From Prorocentrum cordatum (taxonomy: Eukaryota): 64,000 nt of DNA. A program made the position numbers and the translations under genes. The notes under the pieces were generated by a model that saw nothing but the letters and a program-made list of their open reading frames with translations, did not search any database and was not told the DNA's origin. This document shows positions 32,076-45,864 of this stretch, one piece after another; position 1 is the first letter of the stretch; each line of letters starts with the position of its first letter. The stretch spans positions 124,001 through 188,000 of the forward strand of contig CAUYUJ010000148.1 in NCBI GenBank assembly GCA_963575745.1, read 5' to 3'.

Positions 32076-35000
32076 GTGCGTTGACTAGAAGTTCGGCGCG
32101 TAGTCCTGGCAGCGGTGCTGACAGCCCTTTTAACTCTGTAGCGGCCTCCTGAGCCTTCCTGTCCTCCTGAGCCTCCCGGGCCTCCTCTGCCTTCGTGGCC
32201 TCCCTGGACCTGTACCAGTGATGCCAGCTGGCGTAGTTGCACAGGGAGTTGTAGTCCTGGCAGTTCTGGTACACATTGAAATCCAAGTGGTCGCAGTAAC
32301 GCTGGTAAGTAATCCTATATGCTTTGGGGGTCGCTGTAGCTGGTCACGCTGGCTTGGTTCTGGTATCTGAACAATGAAACGCCAGGTATTCTCGCCTGTG
32401 GGAGCGATCGTGGTCTGGCTAGGCTTGCGTTCTCTTGATAAATGCATATGTTCGATCCCCTCTATTCGCGCGTGGTCTCCACATAATTGCCGGGAGGCTT
32501 CCACCGAAATCGGTAGGTTTCGCAGACGTTGCTGTAGATGCCCAGTTTGTCATTCAAGAACTGGTGGATGATCCCCCCCCCCAGGATATTCACCCGCAGG
32601 CGGATGATCACCCTCTCCCGGATGATCACACGCATGTGGATGATCACTTTCTCCCGGATGCTCACCTTCTCGTGGTACGCGCGCCGCCGATCGCGGCTGG
32701 CGCGCTGAAGCTGGCCCCCCCCCCCGGGGGCTTGCGCGCGGAAGGGCGCGGCGCCCAAGGGCGAACATGCGGGGGATAGAGTTCCCCGACTGCCTTTTTG
32801 CTCCTCTTCCTCCTGCTCATCCTTCTCCTCCTCATCTTCCTCCTCTGACTCCTCCTAATTCTCCTGCGCCTCATCCTCCTCCCCCTGCTCATCCCCGCCT
32901 TCATGGGGCTCACTGGTAATGTGCGATGACTTCTGCGCGCCAAAATCTCTGGCCTGCTTGTACGGCTCCGAGTCTTTCAGCAACCCGTGCCGGAATGGAG
33001 CCCCGAAACTCACAAGGCACAAAACCATGGAAGCTCGGGCCGCTCATCCCTTCTTCCCTCCTCTTCCACCCTCTGTTTGTCCCTCTTCCCCTCTCTTCGC
33101 CCCTCCCCCCTCCCCCGGTGCTCCTGCTTAGGACCTGGCCGCCGTCGCACTATCCCCACAAGCTGCAAGCTCCCACCAGCACGCCCCACTGCGCCGCCAC
33201 TTCGCCACAATGGAGCACTTTGCTGAGGTCCTGCTGATGAACAGGCGTTGGCGTCCTCGTGTCAGCTCATCCCTGGCCTGTTTGGACGGCCTCGAGTCGT
33301 TGATACAGCCGTTATAGGCGCGGCACCCCAAGCTTACTTTGCTAGGCGCGAGGTCACTTGAATTCGGGCCTTTCACCCCCGCTTCCCTCCCTCCCCGTTC
33401 TCTCCCCAATCCCTCCTCCCACGCCCTTGTTTCAGAACAGGTTCCAGATTCAGGGCAGGGGTGTCGCGTGGAGGTGAGAGACGAGTGCCCGCTCACTCTG
33501 GGGAATAGATTGTGTAAATCATGCTTGTGCTGTGATGTGATGCTGGGCCCGTGCTTCATCATCAGGATTCGGGCGCGCGGTTCGCGCTCACATTTTGACT
33601 GATTGATGCTCTTGTGTGCTCGCTGTGCACCACGGTCCTGCCGCAGCACGCCGGGATATCCTCCCCATTCCCCCCCACCACCTGAGCGATGATCAAACAT
33701 AGGTCCTCCGCGAGATGGCACGGCGACCTCACGCCGCAGCCTAAGCGGGCGGCCAGCGCGGCACGCTACAAGGGAGACGAGGGCGCTTACGCACCACCTT
33801 ACGCGGGCATGAGCGTTCTCTTATGCGGCGTTTCGACATTGGGCGGAAGGGGGGAATGGGGGGGGATCTGGCTCTGGACCTCTGCTGACTGCGACTGTTT
33901 GCGACCGTGCGTCCCGTGGGGGAGGGGCTCCACCTGCCTGAAACAGGCGCCCAAAAACATCCAAGATCTACTCCATGGGGGGGGGAGGAGGGGAGGGGGT
34001 GACGAGGGCCCGCGCCGATCGGCAAAACAAATAATTATTAAAAAACGACCACTTCCCACCCCGCATTACCCGATCCTCCACTGCCGCCAAGTACAGCCGC
34101 CACGAAAAAGAGCAGGCGACGGGGCAAGGAGCGATATGCTCCGCCGGCCGCCCCCGCTGGCCCGGGGGGTGAGGAGGCGTGCGCGAGGATTGGCCCGTCT
34201 TCCCTCCCCGTTTTTCCCCCCTCCTGGGGATCCAAAATCCTACTCCAGGGGGGGGGGGGGAAGGGGGGGGCCCGCGGGGGGTGGGGGTGGGGGGCACGGG
34301 CTCGTCAACAAGGCTCTCCGGGTCTCCTAGTCCACCCCATGATGCCTGCATGTTGGCCCAAAGAGGCCCCAGGAGGTCTAGAAGAGGACCCTGACCTCCC
34401 CCCAAGATCGAATCAAGACGCCCAAGCGGGCGTGAAAACGTCCCCAAACGTGCCCAGACGCCTCAAGAGAGCTCCACGAGGACCTCCAAGATGGCTTCGA
34501 GAGGCGGAAGCGAACAATTGCCCACTGGATTGTCAAAACATGTCAAAGTTCTCGTCTTTCCAAACGTTCGACAACTCACGAACCAAGAGGCACCTTGAGA
34601 TCGCCCCGAGACGGCAAAATAATGTCCCAAGAGCAATCCAAGAAGCCCCTCAAATGGCCCAACAGACCTCCCAAACTGCCCAACCGGCCCCCATAGAGGC
34701 CAAACAGGTCACAGACCGCCTCTTGAGGGGCTCAAGAGCGGGAAAGGGAAGGGGGCCAGCGGCCACAGAGAACCCCAGATGCCGCCAAGAATCCCCCCAG
34801 GGACCCAAGACGCTCCCAAGAGAGACTCAAGAGAACCCTAGCCCCAGGAAGCCCCAAAAAGGCCCACGAGGCCTCTTCAAGGCCCGAAGGCGCCTGCAAG
34901 AGATATCCCAAAACATATGAGATGATATGCTATCCCACTTCTTTCCGCTCCTGCCAGAGGGGGGGAGATCCGAGGGAGACTTGCACGGAGATCCAACACT

Positions 35001-36516
35001 GTAGCCCCGACCTCGCCATAGCCATTCCCATGAGCTGCCCACTCCGTCCCAGGGAGGTCGGCACAGTGGCAACAGTTTCTTGAATACCACCAGCCCTTTC
35101 GGGCATGAGTGGTTTCGCGATTTGTTCTCCCCTTTTCCTTTCTTCCCCTTCGGGAAAGGCTTCATCACTGCTGCCTGTTAGTGAGCACGCCCTCCCCCCA
35201 GGCGACCTGCAACAAACAAAGAACAATGACAACACCCCCTCACACCACCCATGTCAGAAACACAATACAGACCACAACTCTGCAAACTCAATGATCCTGC
35301 TCGTATGCTCCGCGAGCACGTTGTTCCGTGTTTTGACAAGGACGGCGGGGGTGTTATTGTGTTGCCTGCTGTACGCAAGGCCACAATCCCAGTCAAGAGA
35401 CCCTGTAGCAAATACACTTCGCGGCTAAATCTCGGTCATGCGCCGCCACCCCGCGATCATTGCCCATTGGACTTTGACCAGGACGGCGGGGGTGCTGGCA
35501 TATTGTCTACTATATGCGAACCCACCAAACACCATGATGGCCTCCCCGCCGCGATTGTGCATTGGTGTTCGGCAGGAATTCTGGGGGCAACCATTTTTCC
35601 AGATGGGTGAAATCACGTGCGCGAGCGCACCTGGCACACTCTGCGCGTGTCCTGAACGTGGCGCACCTGGCGCGACTGGGCAATGCGGCACACATGGCGC
35701 ACGTGGAGCACGTGGCGCATCTGGCGCACCTCGCCCCAGCGTCGCGCACATGAAGTCTGCGTTGGTTTCCACTACTTGTCCATTCATGGGCGACCTTTGA
35801 ACATGCTGAAGCGCGGGTGGTACTTAAGTGTTGGCAGGGAGGGCGGAATTGATTCAGACAGCTTGTGGGCGGGGAAGGTGTCTTGACCCCTTCCCCTACT
35901 CCCTCCCCTTGGACAAGGGGGGGGGGAGGCGGCGGCTCATTAGAGCGTCCAAGATGGCCTCGGCGAGAAATCCAAAACCATCGATTCTACGGACAGTTTT
36001 TGGGCCCATGTTGGCCTCTTGGAAGGGGCGGGGGCGTGGGGGTGACTTCCCCCCCATTCTTTGAACGATCACTTCCGAGATGGCCCCCGGGGCCCCCAAA
36101 AGGGCCCCAGGAGGCGGCCAGGAGGCCCCAAGAGGCCGCAAACATGCCCCCAAGAGGCCCCACAGAGGCGCCCAAGAGACCCCCAATATGACCGAAGAGG
36201 GTCCCCCCGACGCACCCAAGGCGCCCCAACCAGCCTACACGAAACTTTCAAAAGCCATTCGAAAAAAAAACAAGATTCCAGGACGCATCCGAGAGTCCTC
36301 TGTCTTATATATGATCGCCCTCATCTTCCTCCTCTTGCTCAACCGCTTGATCCTCTTCCTTCCTCCTCCCTTGTCCCTCCTCTCTCCTCCCCCTCCACCT
36401 CCCCATCCTCTTCCTCTTCCTCTTCTCCTCCTCCTCCTCCTCCTCCTCCTCCTCCTCCTCCTCCTCCTCCTCAAACCACTTTCAGGTCACAAAACTTTGT
36501 GGCAGCGCTCTTGGAA

Positions 36517-39500
36517 ATGGCGCAGCTTGTCACGAACCAGGACTGCATGGCACCACCGAATCGCCGCGAAGTCGCGCCTCCGCCGCTTCGTCAGTGGAAG
36601 TGCACTTGCAGGTGCGGTGGGCGCAAAAACCGTGGCTGGCGCACTCAGTGCCAGCAGTGTGGGAAAACACCGCCGCAATGGGTCCTTGACGCGATTGCAG
36701 CTCACGGGGCTCGGGAGCCGCCCATTGCGGAGCCGCCGAAGCCTGGAGACAGGCGGGGCAAGGGGCCCCCATCGTCCACCAGCGAGGCGGCTTCGAACAA
36801 GGAGAGGCGCTTCTGCAGGCCAGGCGGGAGCTTTAGCAGGAGCTCCTCGCCAACCCGAGAAAGCATGGCATGTCGGCAGGACAGGCTCAAGCGGTTTCAG
36901 CCGCGCTTGTCCCCGCGCAGGTCGACGATGATATAGGGGCTGCGAAAATTGCTTCGGATAAGAAGTCCCTGCAGGACTTGAACTTGCACAGGACCAAAAG
37001 GGAGAAACAGCTCGAGAAGGCTTCGGAGCGGGCGCGGCAAGCGCGAGAGGCGCCGGCGGCCAAGCAAGCGGAGCTGGACCAAGAGCTGGAGTACCAGAAG
37101 CAGCATCGTGAAGCGCTGGCGGAAATCAGCGCGGCCATCAAGAAGCAGGAGCCTGCCAGCGCAGCCCCCGTCCTCGGGAAGGTGCGCGAGGGCAAAAAAA
37201 AGCGTCGTCACGGCGGGCGAGCGTCTCGGGCACGTGCTGGCTGGCGGCGCCGCTCTCGACCTTCAGCGCGGCCCTCGACAAAGAGCGCAGCGCCCTCGAG
37301 GCCAAGCTCGCCGATCAAGCCAAGCAGCAGGAGGAGCCCCGGCAGCAAGCAGCTGCAGCGGCAGCAGCTCAGCCAGCGGAGGGTGGCGCCCAGCCTGCTG
37401 GCGGCGCTGGTGACGACGCAGGCGATCGCGAGCAGCCCCGAATGGGGCGACCCCACGCTGGCAGATCGGCTCAAGGCCACAGGATTCGCAGACGTGGACC
37501 CCTCCAAGCCAGCCGATCGCAAGGAGCTCACTGAGATCCAGGAGTGCTTCGTGCCATCGCAGAAGCCTCGGACAGCGACGCGTTCCAAGCGGAGGCGTGG
37601 CGGCGACGGGCCAGCAAACGAGAACTCTTGGTGGAAGTGCTAGCTTGGCCTCCCAAGGGGATCTACCAGGGCAACGACTCCACGTCGAGAAGCTAGACGG
37701 TTTCGCGAAGGTGGCCTATACGAAGCAGGCGGGCATCTCGCCCCCGCTGGCGCTCGAAGCGGCGCTCGAGAAATGTCGGTTAGGACCAACGGAGCTGGAA
37801 GACTTGGACATCGTGCCGGTAAGCGTCACGTTGTGGCCCAAGGCTCAGGACTTGTGCGCGTGGCATGTAGAGGCCGATGCAGGCAGAACGGCTCCCAGTG
37901 TCTTCCCGTTCCAGGAGCGTCGGAATCTGCTCGACGAGCAGCTCAGCTCGGCCACGCGATGGTTTGCTCGCAGTATGAATGGAAGGACAGCTCAGGCTTG
38001 CCAAAGCTGATAGCACAGGCGAGGGAGTGATGGAGTCTTCTGCTGGAGCTGCTATCGCGTCATTCTCTCCTGCACTCGGGCGCGGTGCCCCCCTTCCACT
38101 CTTCGCGAGGATCGACCTGCCAGTCGCTGCCAGGTGGTTGCGATCAACGCGGGGCTCTCTGCGCCCGTCTATTTGAGATCGGTCTACCTGACGACCAAGA
38201 ATGGCTTGACTGAGCCGAATGCATCATTCTTGGGAGCGTCGCTGCAGCATGCGCCCCTGCTCCCAGGGCCATGGATCGCTGGCGGCGGCTGAAACTTGGA
38301 GCCACGGGATCTACAGGAGTGGTGTCGGAGAGCGCGCGGCGTTGTGGCCGATGCGGAGGGCCCGACCTGCGGGGGCAGGAAGCTGGACTTCTTCACCTTC
38401 TCCAAAGTCCTTGCAAGCGTGGGCATGGAGGTGCAAAACGGCATTGGGCACGCCGATCAGTACGCGCACGCCAGTCTTGCTCAAGATAAGGAGGCTCAAC
38501 TGGAGGGCAACAGTGGCTGCGGAAGATGGCCCAGAAGGGCCCCCTCTTCAACCCCCACCGCAGGCGCGACCCGCGCCGCGCGAGGTTGGCGAAGACGAGC
38601 GGCACTGGGCGCTAGGCACGGAGCCGCGGGACATGCAGCAGGCGGTTGAACGCTGGTTCTTGCGCGTGGAGGGCTATCTCTGTCAGCTGCATGGCGTCTA
38701 CGAGAGGCGGCGTGGTCGCGCTGCAGGCCTCAAGCTGATGCGGGCCCTCTTGGCGCAGGAGTGGGGTCGACAGTCCAAGGCCAGGTCGTCGCTGGAGTTC
38801 AGGCGCATGGCACCCCTCGCAGCGGCAGCGAGGCGAGCAGCCCAGCAGAAGGCCTACATACAGGAGCGCGGTTGGTCAAGGTTCTCCTGCTTGCAACGAC
38901 AGCTGAAGGTCATCGGGGGCTTCGTGATGGAGGGCAGCTGGCGGCCGTCGTCTGGAGTTCTGGCTGAGATGACCATCGGTAAGGTGGTCGCCGTGCTGCG
39001 GTCTGGCAGCGCGTCTGCGGCTGGGCACATGCTGATGGCGATTGACGAGCACCTGGTGCAGCTGCGCCAGCAGGGCCCGCTGGCCAACCAGAGCGAGCGG
39101 AAGGCGAGGGCATGTGCGGCTGCCCAGGAGAAGGGCGGCAGCGCGGCCTTCGGCTTCATTCGAGCTGGCAATCAAGTCCAGCCGTCTGTCTTCGAGGTGC
39201 TGGACGAGGCGCAGGGGCGCCGCGCGCCGCCGGGCGGAGATACTAGCATGGAGAAGCTGGTGCAACAGTGGGGCCCGCTGCGGCGGTATGAGCTTCGTCG
39301 AGATGAGGCGCGCCCACGCACTTGGCGAGGAGAGGAATGTGATGCTTCTGCGTTGCCAAAGCTCACGCTCCAGGACATGAGGAAGGTCGTAGACGCCTGC
39401 AGCGACAGGGCGGGCCTTGGCAGGGATATGATGCATCCCAGGCAGCTGCGGCGGCTGCCGATCAGCTACCAGTCGAGGTTATTAGACGCGCCGCGGGTCT

Positions 39501-42060
39501 GGGAGTGGGACCCGATCGACGACCGCCTCTTCCTCGGGCCAGGCACCCGCCAGGGGGAGGAGCGCGGCCGATCGTTCTCACATGCTTCTGGCTACGGCTG
39601 CGGGACCGACTCGGGCAGCCGCTGGCGGCGCGGCGGGAGAGACAGCCTGAAGGCGACTTTTTCGGGGGGAGGTCTCGGCAAGACATGCGACCGAGCAGGA
39701 CATGTTCACAACCTGCTGGCTGCGCGCTGCGCGCAGGTGGGCGGCGCGGCCTCTGGCGCGGCAGCGATCGACCTCAGCATGCACTACGAGCGCGTGTCTC
39801 ACGACATCCTCCTTCGCGAGGCGACGGCGCCCAAGTTCCCTTTGGCGTTGTTGCGGGCGCTCTGCTGCGCCCGCAGGCTCGGTCGACGAGCGCAGTGCAC
39901 GGCGCGCTCTCGGTGGTGGTTCATTCAAATGGCACTATTGCAGCAAGCTGCAGCTGTGCTCTCGGCTTGGCTAAGTTGATGATTCGCACTTTGCTGATGG
40001 GGCAAAAGCGACGGTACTCCCCCGTGCGAGCGCAGTCGCTCGTCGACGATCAGATGCCACAAGCACTTGGCACAGCGCGACTGGCCCGAGAGCAACTCCC
40101 AACAGCTCTTCGGCTTCTGGTCGGCGGCCTCACGGAGCGCATATTGCAACTCAACTGGGACAAGACTGGGCGGCTCACCGGTGACGCCGAGCTCGCCGGC
40201 ATCCTCACCTCGCCCTGGGAAGGCGAGCTCGAGCGCGCCAGGGGCCCCCGCTGCATGGGAGGTGATGGCTCGCCAGGGGAGCTGCGCAGCGCTGTGGGGC
40301 AAAATAAGCGCCCCGTGAAAAACTCAGAAGTCTGCGGAGCGGGTTCGCACCCTGAGGGCTGCGGGTGCCATGGTTGAGAAGGTCCTGCGGCGCTCGCCAA
40401 CGGCCGCCGCCGCTAGGGGCTGGGCGGCGACAGGTTTGCTGATGGACAACTCAGAGCCCCGAGGGTTGCGGCCCTGAAGTCTGAGCGGGGGCCAGTGTTG
40501 GACTCAAAATTAAGACCGTGCGCCGCGGGTTCTGAATGGGGCCCACTCATGATCCACATGGGACAAGTAGTCGAGGCATGGGCAGCCCGCTTGGAGAGTT
40601 CCCTGGCGTCTCCAGGGGTGCCCGAGGCGGTGCTGGAGGGGGGGCGCGCGGTGCTCGGGCAGAAGGCTCTATGGGGCAAGCGTAGCAATCCTGCCCAGGC
40701 CCTCCTCCGTGCCCTCGCTCGCCTCGAAGGGGGCATGGCCCCTGCCGCCATGCTGCTCGGGCCTGAGGGGGGGGGGGGATGTGAAGTGTTTCTCTCCTGG
40801 GCGCGCGGTCGAGGTTGCTCGGCGCGTGGCCTCGGTCGCCCCCGACAGCCAGGCGACGAGGGGGCGCGGGGTCAGGGTGCCAGAGCTTCACTGGAGACCT
40901 CTACATATAATTCACCATGGCAAGGCTGCCAGAAGCCTTTCTCGGCATGATCGGAATCTCGTTCGCAGTTTGGTTGCGGGAGCCCGCTGGCCTTAGGCGA
41001 GGCTCGCTAGGTGTAAACCATCGGTGACTGATGAGTGTCTTCTGCGTGGCTGCAGGGGCACGCTGTTTCACCGTGGGTTTGGCTGTCCCTGTTCATTTGA
41101 GCTTCGCAGGGCCGACCCCCCCTAGCCTTCGTCGCGCCGCCCGGAGGGTAGCCGGTCTTTTTTTTTTTTTTTTTTTTTGGGGGGGGGGGCGGAACTTTTT
41201 GTCCAGGTGCTTGTTCCCTTCCTCCGAGCGCTGCTTTGGGAAGCCCGAAAGATCGCTGTGTCGGGGCCGTGCCAGGCTGGCGCTGGGGGGGAAGGGCGTC
41301 TTCGCGGATGGCTCAGCGGCTCGCACCAAGTTTGGAGCTTGTCGGAGAGCAGGCTGGTCGGCGGTCCAAGAGTACAATGGAAGCAATTTCGTTGCCTGTA
41401 TGCGCGGGGTGGTTCCTCGGGGGCGGGGCCCTGGTCGGCGGGCGCGGGGCGGGGAGGGCTGCGCGTTTCATGTGCTGGCTAGGTTTAGCGAACCCCCGCG
41501 TGACGGAGACACTGGCGTGCCGCGTGAAGTTTTCAGCGGTTGCACTGGATCCGTGGCGAGTTCCGCCCCCTTGTCCACCGGCCTGAGTCCCGATGACAGT
41601 CACTGTCGCATGTGGGAGCTGTGGCGGTCCAAAATTGGCGACGCAGCTAAGGTTGCGGATGTGAAGGCCCATCGAGATTTGCAGCGGGCCACTTCCTTGG
41701 AGGACCTGTGGATGCTCAAAGGCAACCGGTTAGCAGATAAATGGGCCCGCGCGGGGGCCTAGCTCTGGCGAGCGGATGAGGAGCAGGAGCTCTTTGTTGA
41801 TGGCTGCGAGTGGCCCAGGCCGCGGAGTGGATTGGTCGCCTCCACACCTGGAGGCATAAAAAAATATTCTGGGACTTGGAGGGGGCGGGTGGGGCCGCGG
41901 AGGTGGTGCTTCACCTGCCACCGCATGGCGGCGAGGACAAGACGTTTCAGGTTTTAGCTGAATATTCGGAGTAGAACCCCGAAGACCCGCTTTTCGTGTT
42001 TTCGAGCTGTGCTGGTCCCATCGGGTGCGCAACGAATCCATGCGTGGCTCCCGACACCAT
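36517..42060 (+). mobile_element. Near full-length, heavily decayed non-LTR retrotransposon (Zn-finger/coiled-coil ORF1, APE-like, RT, RNase H)
   Basis: WKCTCRCG...WRTQCQQCG at ~36595. Coiled coil at 36950-37350. APE-like WIAGGG*N...PTCGGRKLDFF at 38270-38400. RT-like RPIVL, IDLSMHYERVSH, GTIAASCSCA and LVDD at 39560-40050. RNase H VFADGS...VKAH...GNRLADKWA at 41296-41762. Many frameshifts. The 3' end is approximate. Confidence 0.8.
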
Positions 42061-42147
42061 GAACAGTAGAGCGCACTTCTGGGTCTGCTGGTGGCAAAGG
42101 ATCGGCCACCAAGGGTCAGTGGTGAAAATGAAGTATCATCGCATGAT

Positions 42148-42285
42148 GACTGGCGTACCCTAGGGCCTAGGGTACGCCAGTCTATTGCCTAGGGCCTAGG
42201 CAATCAGGGTCGGCCAGCTGATTGCCTAGGTACCCTAGGGCCTAGGTTCGGCCAGCTGATCGCCTAGGACCTAGGCAATCAGCTC
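42148..42285. repeat. Cluster of palindromes built on CCTAGG-N-CCTAGG
   Basis: Perfect 35-bp hairpin GACTGGCGTACCCTAGG-G-CCTAGGGTACGCCAGTC at 42148-42182, then ATTGCCTAGG-G-CCTAGGCAAT and further CCTAGG pairs. Confidence 0.9.
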
Positions 42286-44359
42286 GCCGACCGTTGGGCG
42301 AAAAAGGTGGTCGGTCCCCCCCCTCAGCAGGCCGCCTATGTACAGGGGGCCGAGACCATGGCCCACGATGTGGCAAGACGGCATGCGAGGGCCCAACAAT
42401 TGTCCGTTGACGGGGGCATCGTTGACTATTGGGGGTTTGTTGGGACCTCGGATCTCTGCTTCGAGCTAACTTCGGATGCCTGGGGAGAGCTGGCCGAGTC
42501 GGCCAAGGGAAAGCATTCAACCCTTCGAGGGAGTCCCTGGGGTGGTCCCTGCAAGAGGCCGCCGTGTCTCCCTCGCTCCTGCCGTCCCCCTCGCGGCCGC
42601 CCCCTCCTCTGGCCCCTCTGCTGCGACTGCCACAGCCGAATAACCCGATCTCCAGGATTGTGTAGGGCTTCCCTGGGCGGTCAACTCACACTCTGTCGTC
42701 ATAGCGTTGGTGGCGCCCCCTGTTGCAGGAGCAGCCCCAGCGCCCGACGTTTTCTTTTGCAAGGTCTGCGGGTCCTCGGTGCTCAAATTAGTTCGGTCGG
42801 GCGAGGGGCTGGACGGGGTGTACCGTGGGAGGGATGCGCCAGGCCTGAGGACTCAGCGCTCGCTTCTCCGTCGGGGTCTCATGCCAGGTCGCCTGAAGGC
42901 GAGGATTGCGGACGTCCGCGGCCCGTCTGCAGGTGACGTCGAGGCCTGGGCGGATCGCTCTCCCTCCCTCGCTGGAGGCGCGGGGCGGCAGGAGGCAGGA
43001 GGCGGTGCGTCTCAATCATGTGCTTCGGCGGCTAGTGTGGTTCAGTACGGCACCAACGTGCCGATTCTCGAAGATCGGTTCGTCGCCCAATGGCACGGCT
43101 TCGTTTCCCCTCTTCCGTCTTGGAGTTCGCTCGGACTTTGGAGGAGAGGGTTGACCCTGTGTTGTTGGAAGGTTCCAGAGAAGCCTGCATAGGCAGACCG
43201 CTTCTCCGAGAAGAAGGCGCAGGTACCTGTCCCATGTCGTCAGCACCCTCAGCGCCCTCCTGCTCCTCCTCCTCCTCCTCCTCCTCCTCCTCCTCCTCCT
43301 CCTCCTCCTCCTCCTCCTCCCCCTGCTCCTCCTCCCTCCCCTCCCCCCCCTGCTCCTCCTCTTCCTCCTCCTCCTCCTCCTCCTCCTCCTCCTCCTCCTC
43401 CTATTCCCTCCCTCCCTCCCTCGCTCCCTCCTGCCTCTTCCTTCCTCCCTCTGCCTCCTCTTCCACTTCCGCCCCCCTCCCCACCTCTCCTCTCCCTCCT
43501 CCCCGCGGCGGCCGGCGTTCCTCCTTCTCCGCGGCGGCCGCCGCTCCGCGGCTGACCACGGTGACCTCGTGCTCGCCGCGCCACTTGCCCTGCGCGGCCC
43601 CCGCAGGAAGATGGGAGGGCGTACCGCTGAGCACCCTGTCGTCCACCGCCGCCCGCCCCCCGTCGCTCTGCTCCTCTGGCGATGACGATGCTGGTCGGAT
43701 GCTGTGCGCGCCATCGTCATCGTCATCGACCCTCGCAAGATCGGTCATGATAGAAACAGGAACTCGGATCGAATCGGAATGTACGTCCGATCGGGCTGCA
43801 TCGGCACGGCGTCGAACATGAATCGTCCCGGCTGCGCCAGCATGCACAACAGCGTTTTGTGAGCATCGGATGCTCCTCGATGGTCCTCGCCGAGGAAAGA
43901 TGCGCACGTCCGCGCAATGACAAGGGACAAAGATGAGTGTGACGAAGGAGGATTGAGGAGGAGGCGGCGGCGGCGGACCTCTGCTGACACACGACTCACA
44001 CTGCAGGCTTATCGGAAGAACTCGCCAACCTGCCCAGGTGCCAAGAGTGCGATACAGCAAGCGGCAAGCGGTGCTTGCGTGCGTGGACGGGGGCTCGTGC
44101 AGCCTCGGCTAACCCAGCTCGGAGATATCCCTGGGGCCAGCCGAGGAGGAGGAGGGCCGAGGAGGAGGATGAGGAGGACGGCCAGGCGGAGGAGTAGAAG
44201 AAGAAACGAGACGCCAAGGCGGAGGATGAGAAGGTGGCCGAGGAGGACAAATAGGATAGCCGGGAGGAAGAAGAGGCGGCAGGAGAACCGGAGAGGAGAG
44301 GGCCACGGTGGGCGACGACGAGCCCACTGAAAACCATAACGCAGAAGCTCGACGATCGG

Positions 44360-44548
44360 GGGCGGCCAAGAGGGAGGCGGCCAAGAGGAGGGGGCGCAAA
44401 TCATGGCTGGCGGCACGTGCGCGGCCCAGGGGGGGGACTCAGGGACGTGATGAAAGAAGAAGAGGCGCCCTGCAATCTGGGGAGGCATCATAACCCCCCT
44501 CCATGACATCTACCTCCAGTCATCACCCCCCTCTCTGCCGCCCCCCGA
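44360..44548 (+). repeat. ~190-bp dispersed repeat, second copy at ~57665-57855
   Basis: Colinear shared blocks GGCCAAGAGGG, GCAAATCATG..GGCGGCA.GTGCGCGGCCCAG, ATCTGGGGA and AGTCATCACCCCCCTCT. Confidence 0.75.
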
Positions 44549-44819
44549 GGAAGAGGACGCGTGCCCCGCAAAGGCCTTCGGGATAGAGACCTGCGGGCCC
44601 CGCGGTTTCGCGAAGAGCGTGAAGCCGGCCATGGGCCGGGCCAGCGGCGCCCCCCGCGGGGCCGCCGGAGGGGGCGGGCCCCTCCGCCTCGCGGGGGTCG
44701 CGAGAGGTGGGGGCCGGGAGGGAGAGGGGGAAGGTGAGGGGGGGGGAGAGGAGGGAGGGGGAGGGGTTGTTTTCAGTTAGGCTTAAGCGAATTCACTTGC
44801 GTGGCATCCTGACCACCTG

Positions 44820-44960
44820 CCAGACCACAATCCAACCCAACCCGAAGGCTCGAATTTCGGGTTGGGGGGGCTGCGGCTTCCAACTGTGTGTTCCTCCATG
44901 TTCCCCGACACCCCCCCACTTGAAATGGAGGGAAAATTGAGGCCCTCGGGTTGGGTTGGC
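44820..44960. repeat. Diverged, right-truncated copy of the 59976-60126 MITE-like element
   Basis: Shares CCAACCCAACCCGAAG..CGAATTTCGGGTTG and AAATTGAGGCCCTCGGGTTGGGTTGG in the same order. Confidence 0.75.
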
Positions 44961-45830
44961 CCCCTCCGCCGACGTTTCAAGCAACGCTGGGCCGAAAAGG
45001 CGTACAGGCGAGTCCCGGCTCGCGGGAAGGTCAGGTTTCCCTTCGAGCCTTGCCAACCCCACCCCCTCCACGCAAGCAAGCTTGCCAGAATGTACAAAAA
45101 AACGCCTCGAAATTGGAGAGAGCGGGGGAAGGCGGGCGGGGGCGGGAGGGGGGAGAGGGAGGGGTGAGAGGGGGTCACGAGTGTGGGGGGGGGAGGTGGG
45201 GGCGGGAAAGAGGAGGACGAGGCGGGGGAAGGTGAGAGGGATGATTCTTCAATCTCTCGTGTCTCTGCGCCCTGCTCCCCCCTTCATCCTCCAGCCCTTC
45301 TTCCACCCCGCTCAGGGGATTGGGATGGGGAGAATGAAAAGAGGGAGGGGGGGGGAAGAAGGAGGAGGGAAAGGTATGAGGAAAAGGTCGGGCACACCTG
45401 GGACCACGAGAGGAACGAAGGGGAACATGGGAAAAGGGTATTGATTCGTATACACCGAGCCAAAGGGCCATACGACGCACCGTGAGCTTGATCCAAACTG
45501 CCCGAGCCCCGGGAGGAAACAAACACTCCAGATCACTCAGCCGACGGAAGAAGGCCAGATCCAACGGACCTGCTGAATTCGCTTCGATGGCTGCTTGGAA
45601 AGAAGAGGCCTTGTCAGAAGGGCCCAGGGACTTCTGAGAAGCCTTCTTAAACGATCCTGGGCCTTTCTCAGAAAGTCGCAGTAGGACCCCCCACACCTTC
45701 TTAGAAGGGCCGCCAAGACGACAGCGGGCGGAACGAACTGCCGTTTCCGCCCGACGTTCCTGCTCCTCACCGAGCGAGGCGAAAACACGCGGCGCACAGC
45801 GCCCCCTGGCGGCCAGGGGGAATCCCGCAG

Positions 45831-45864
<34 letters not shown>

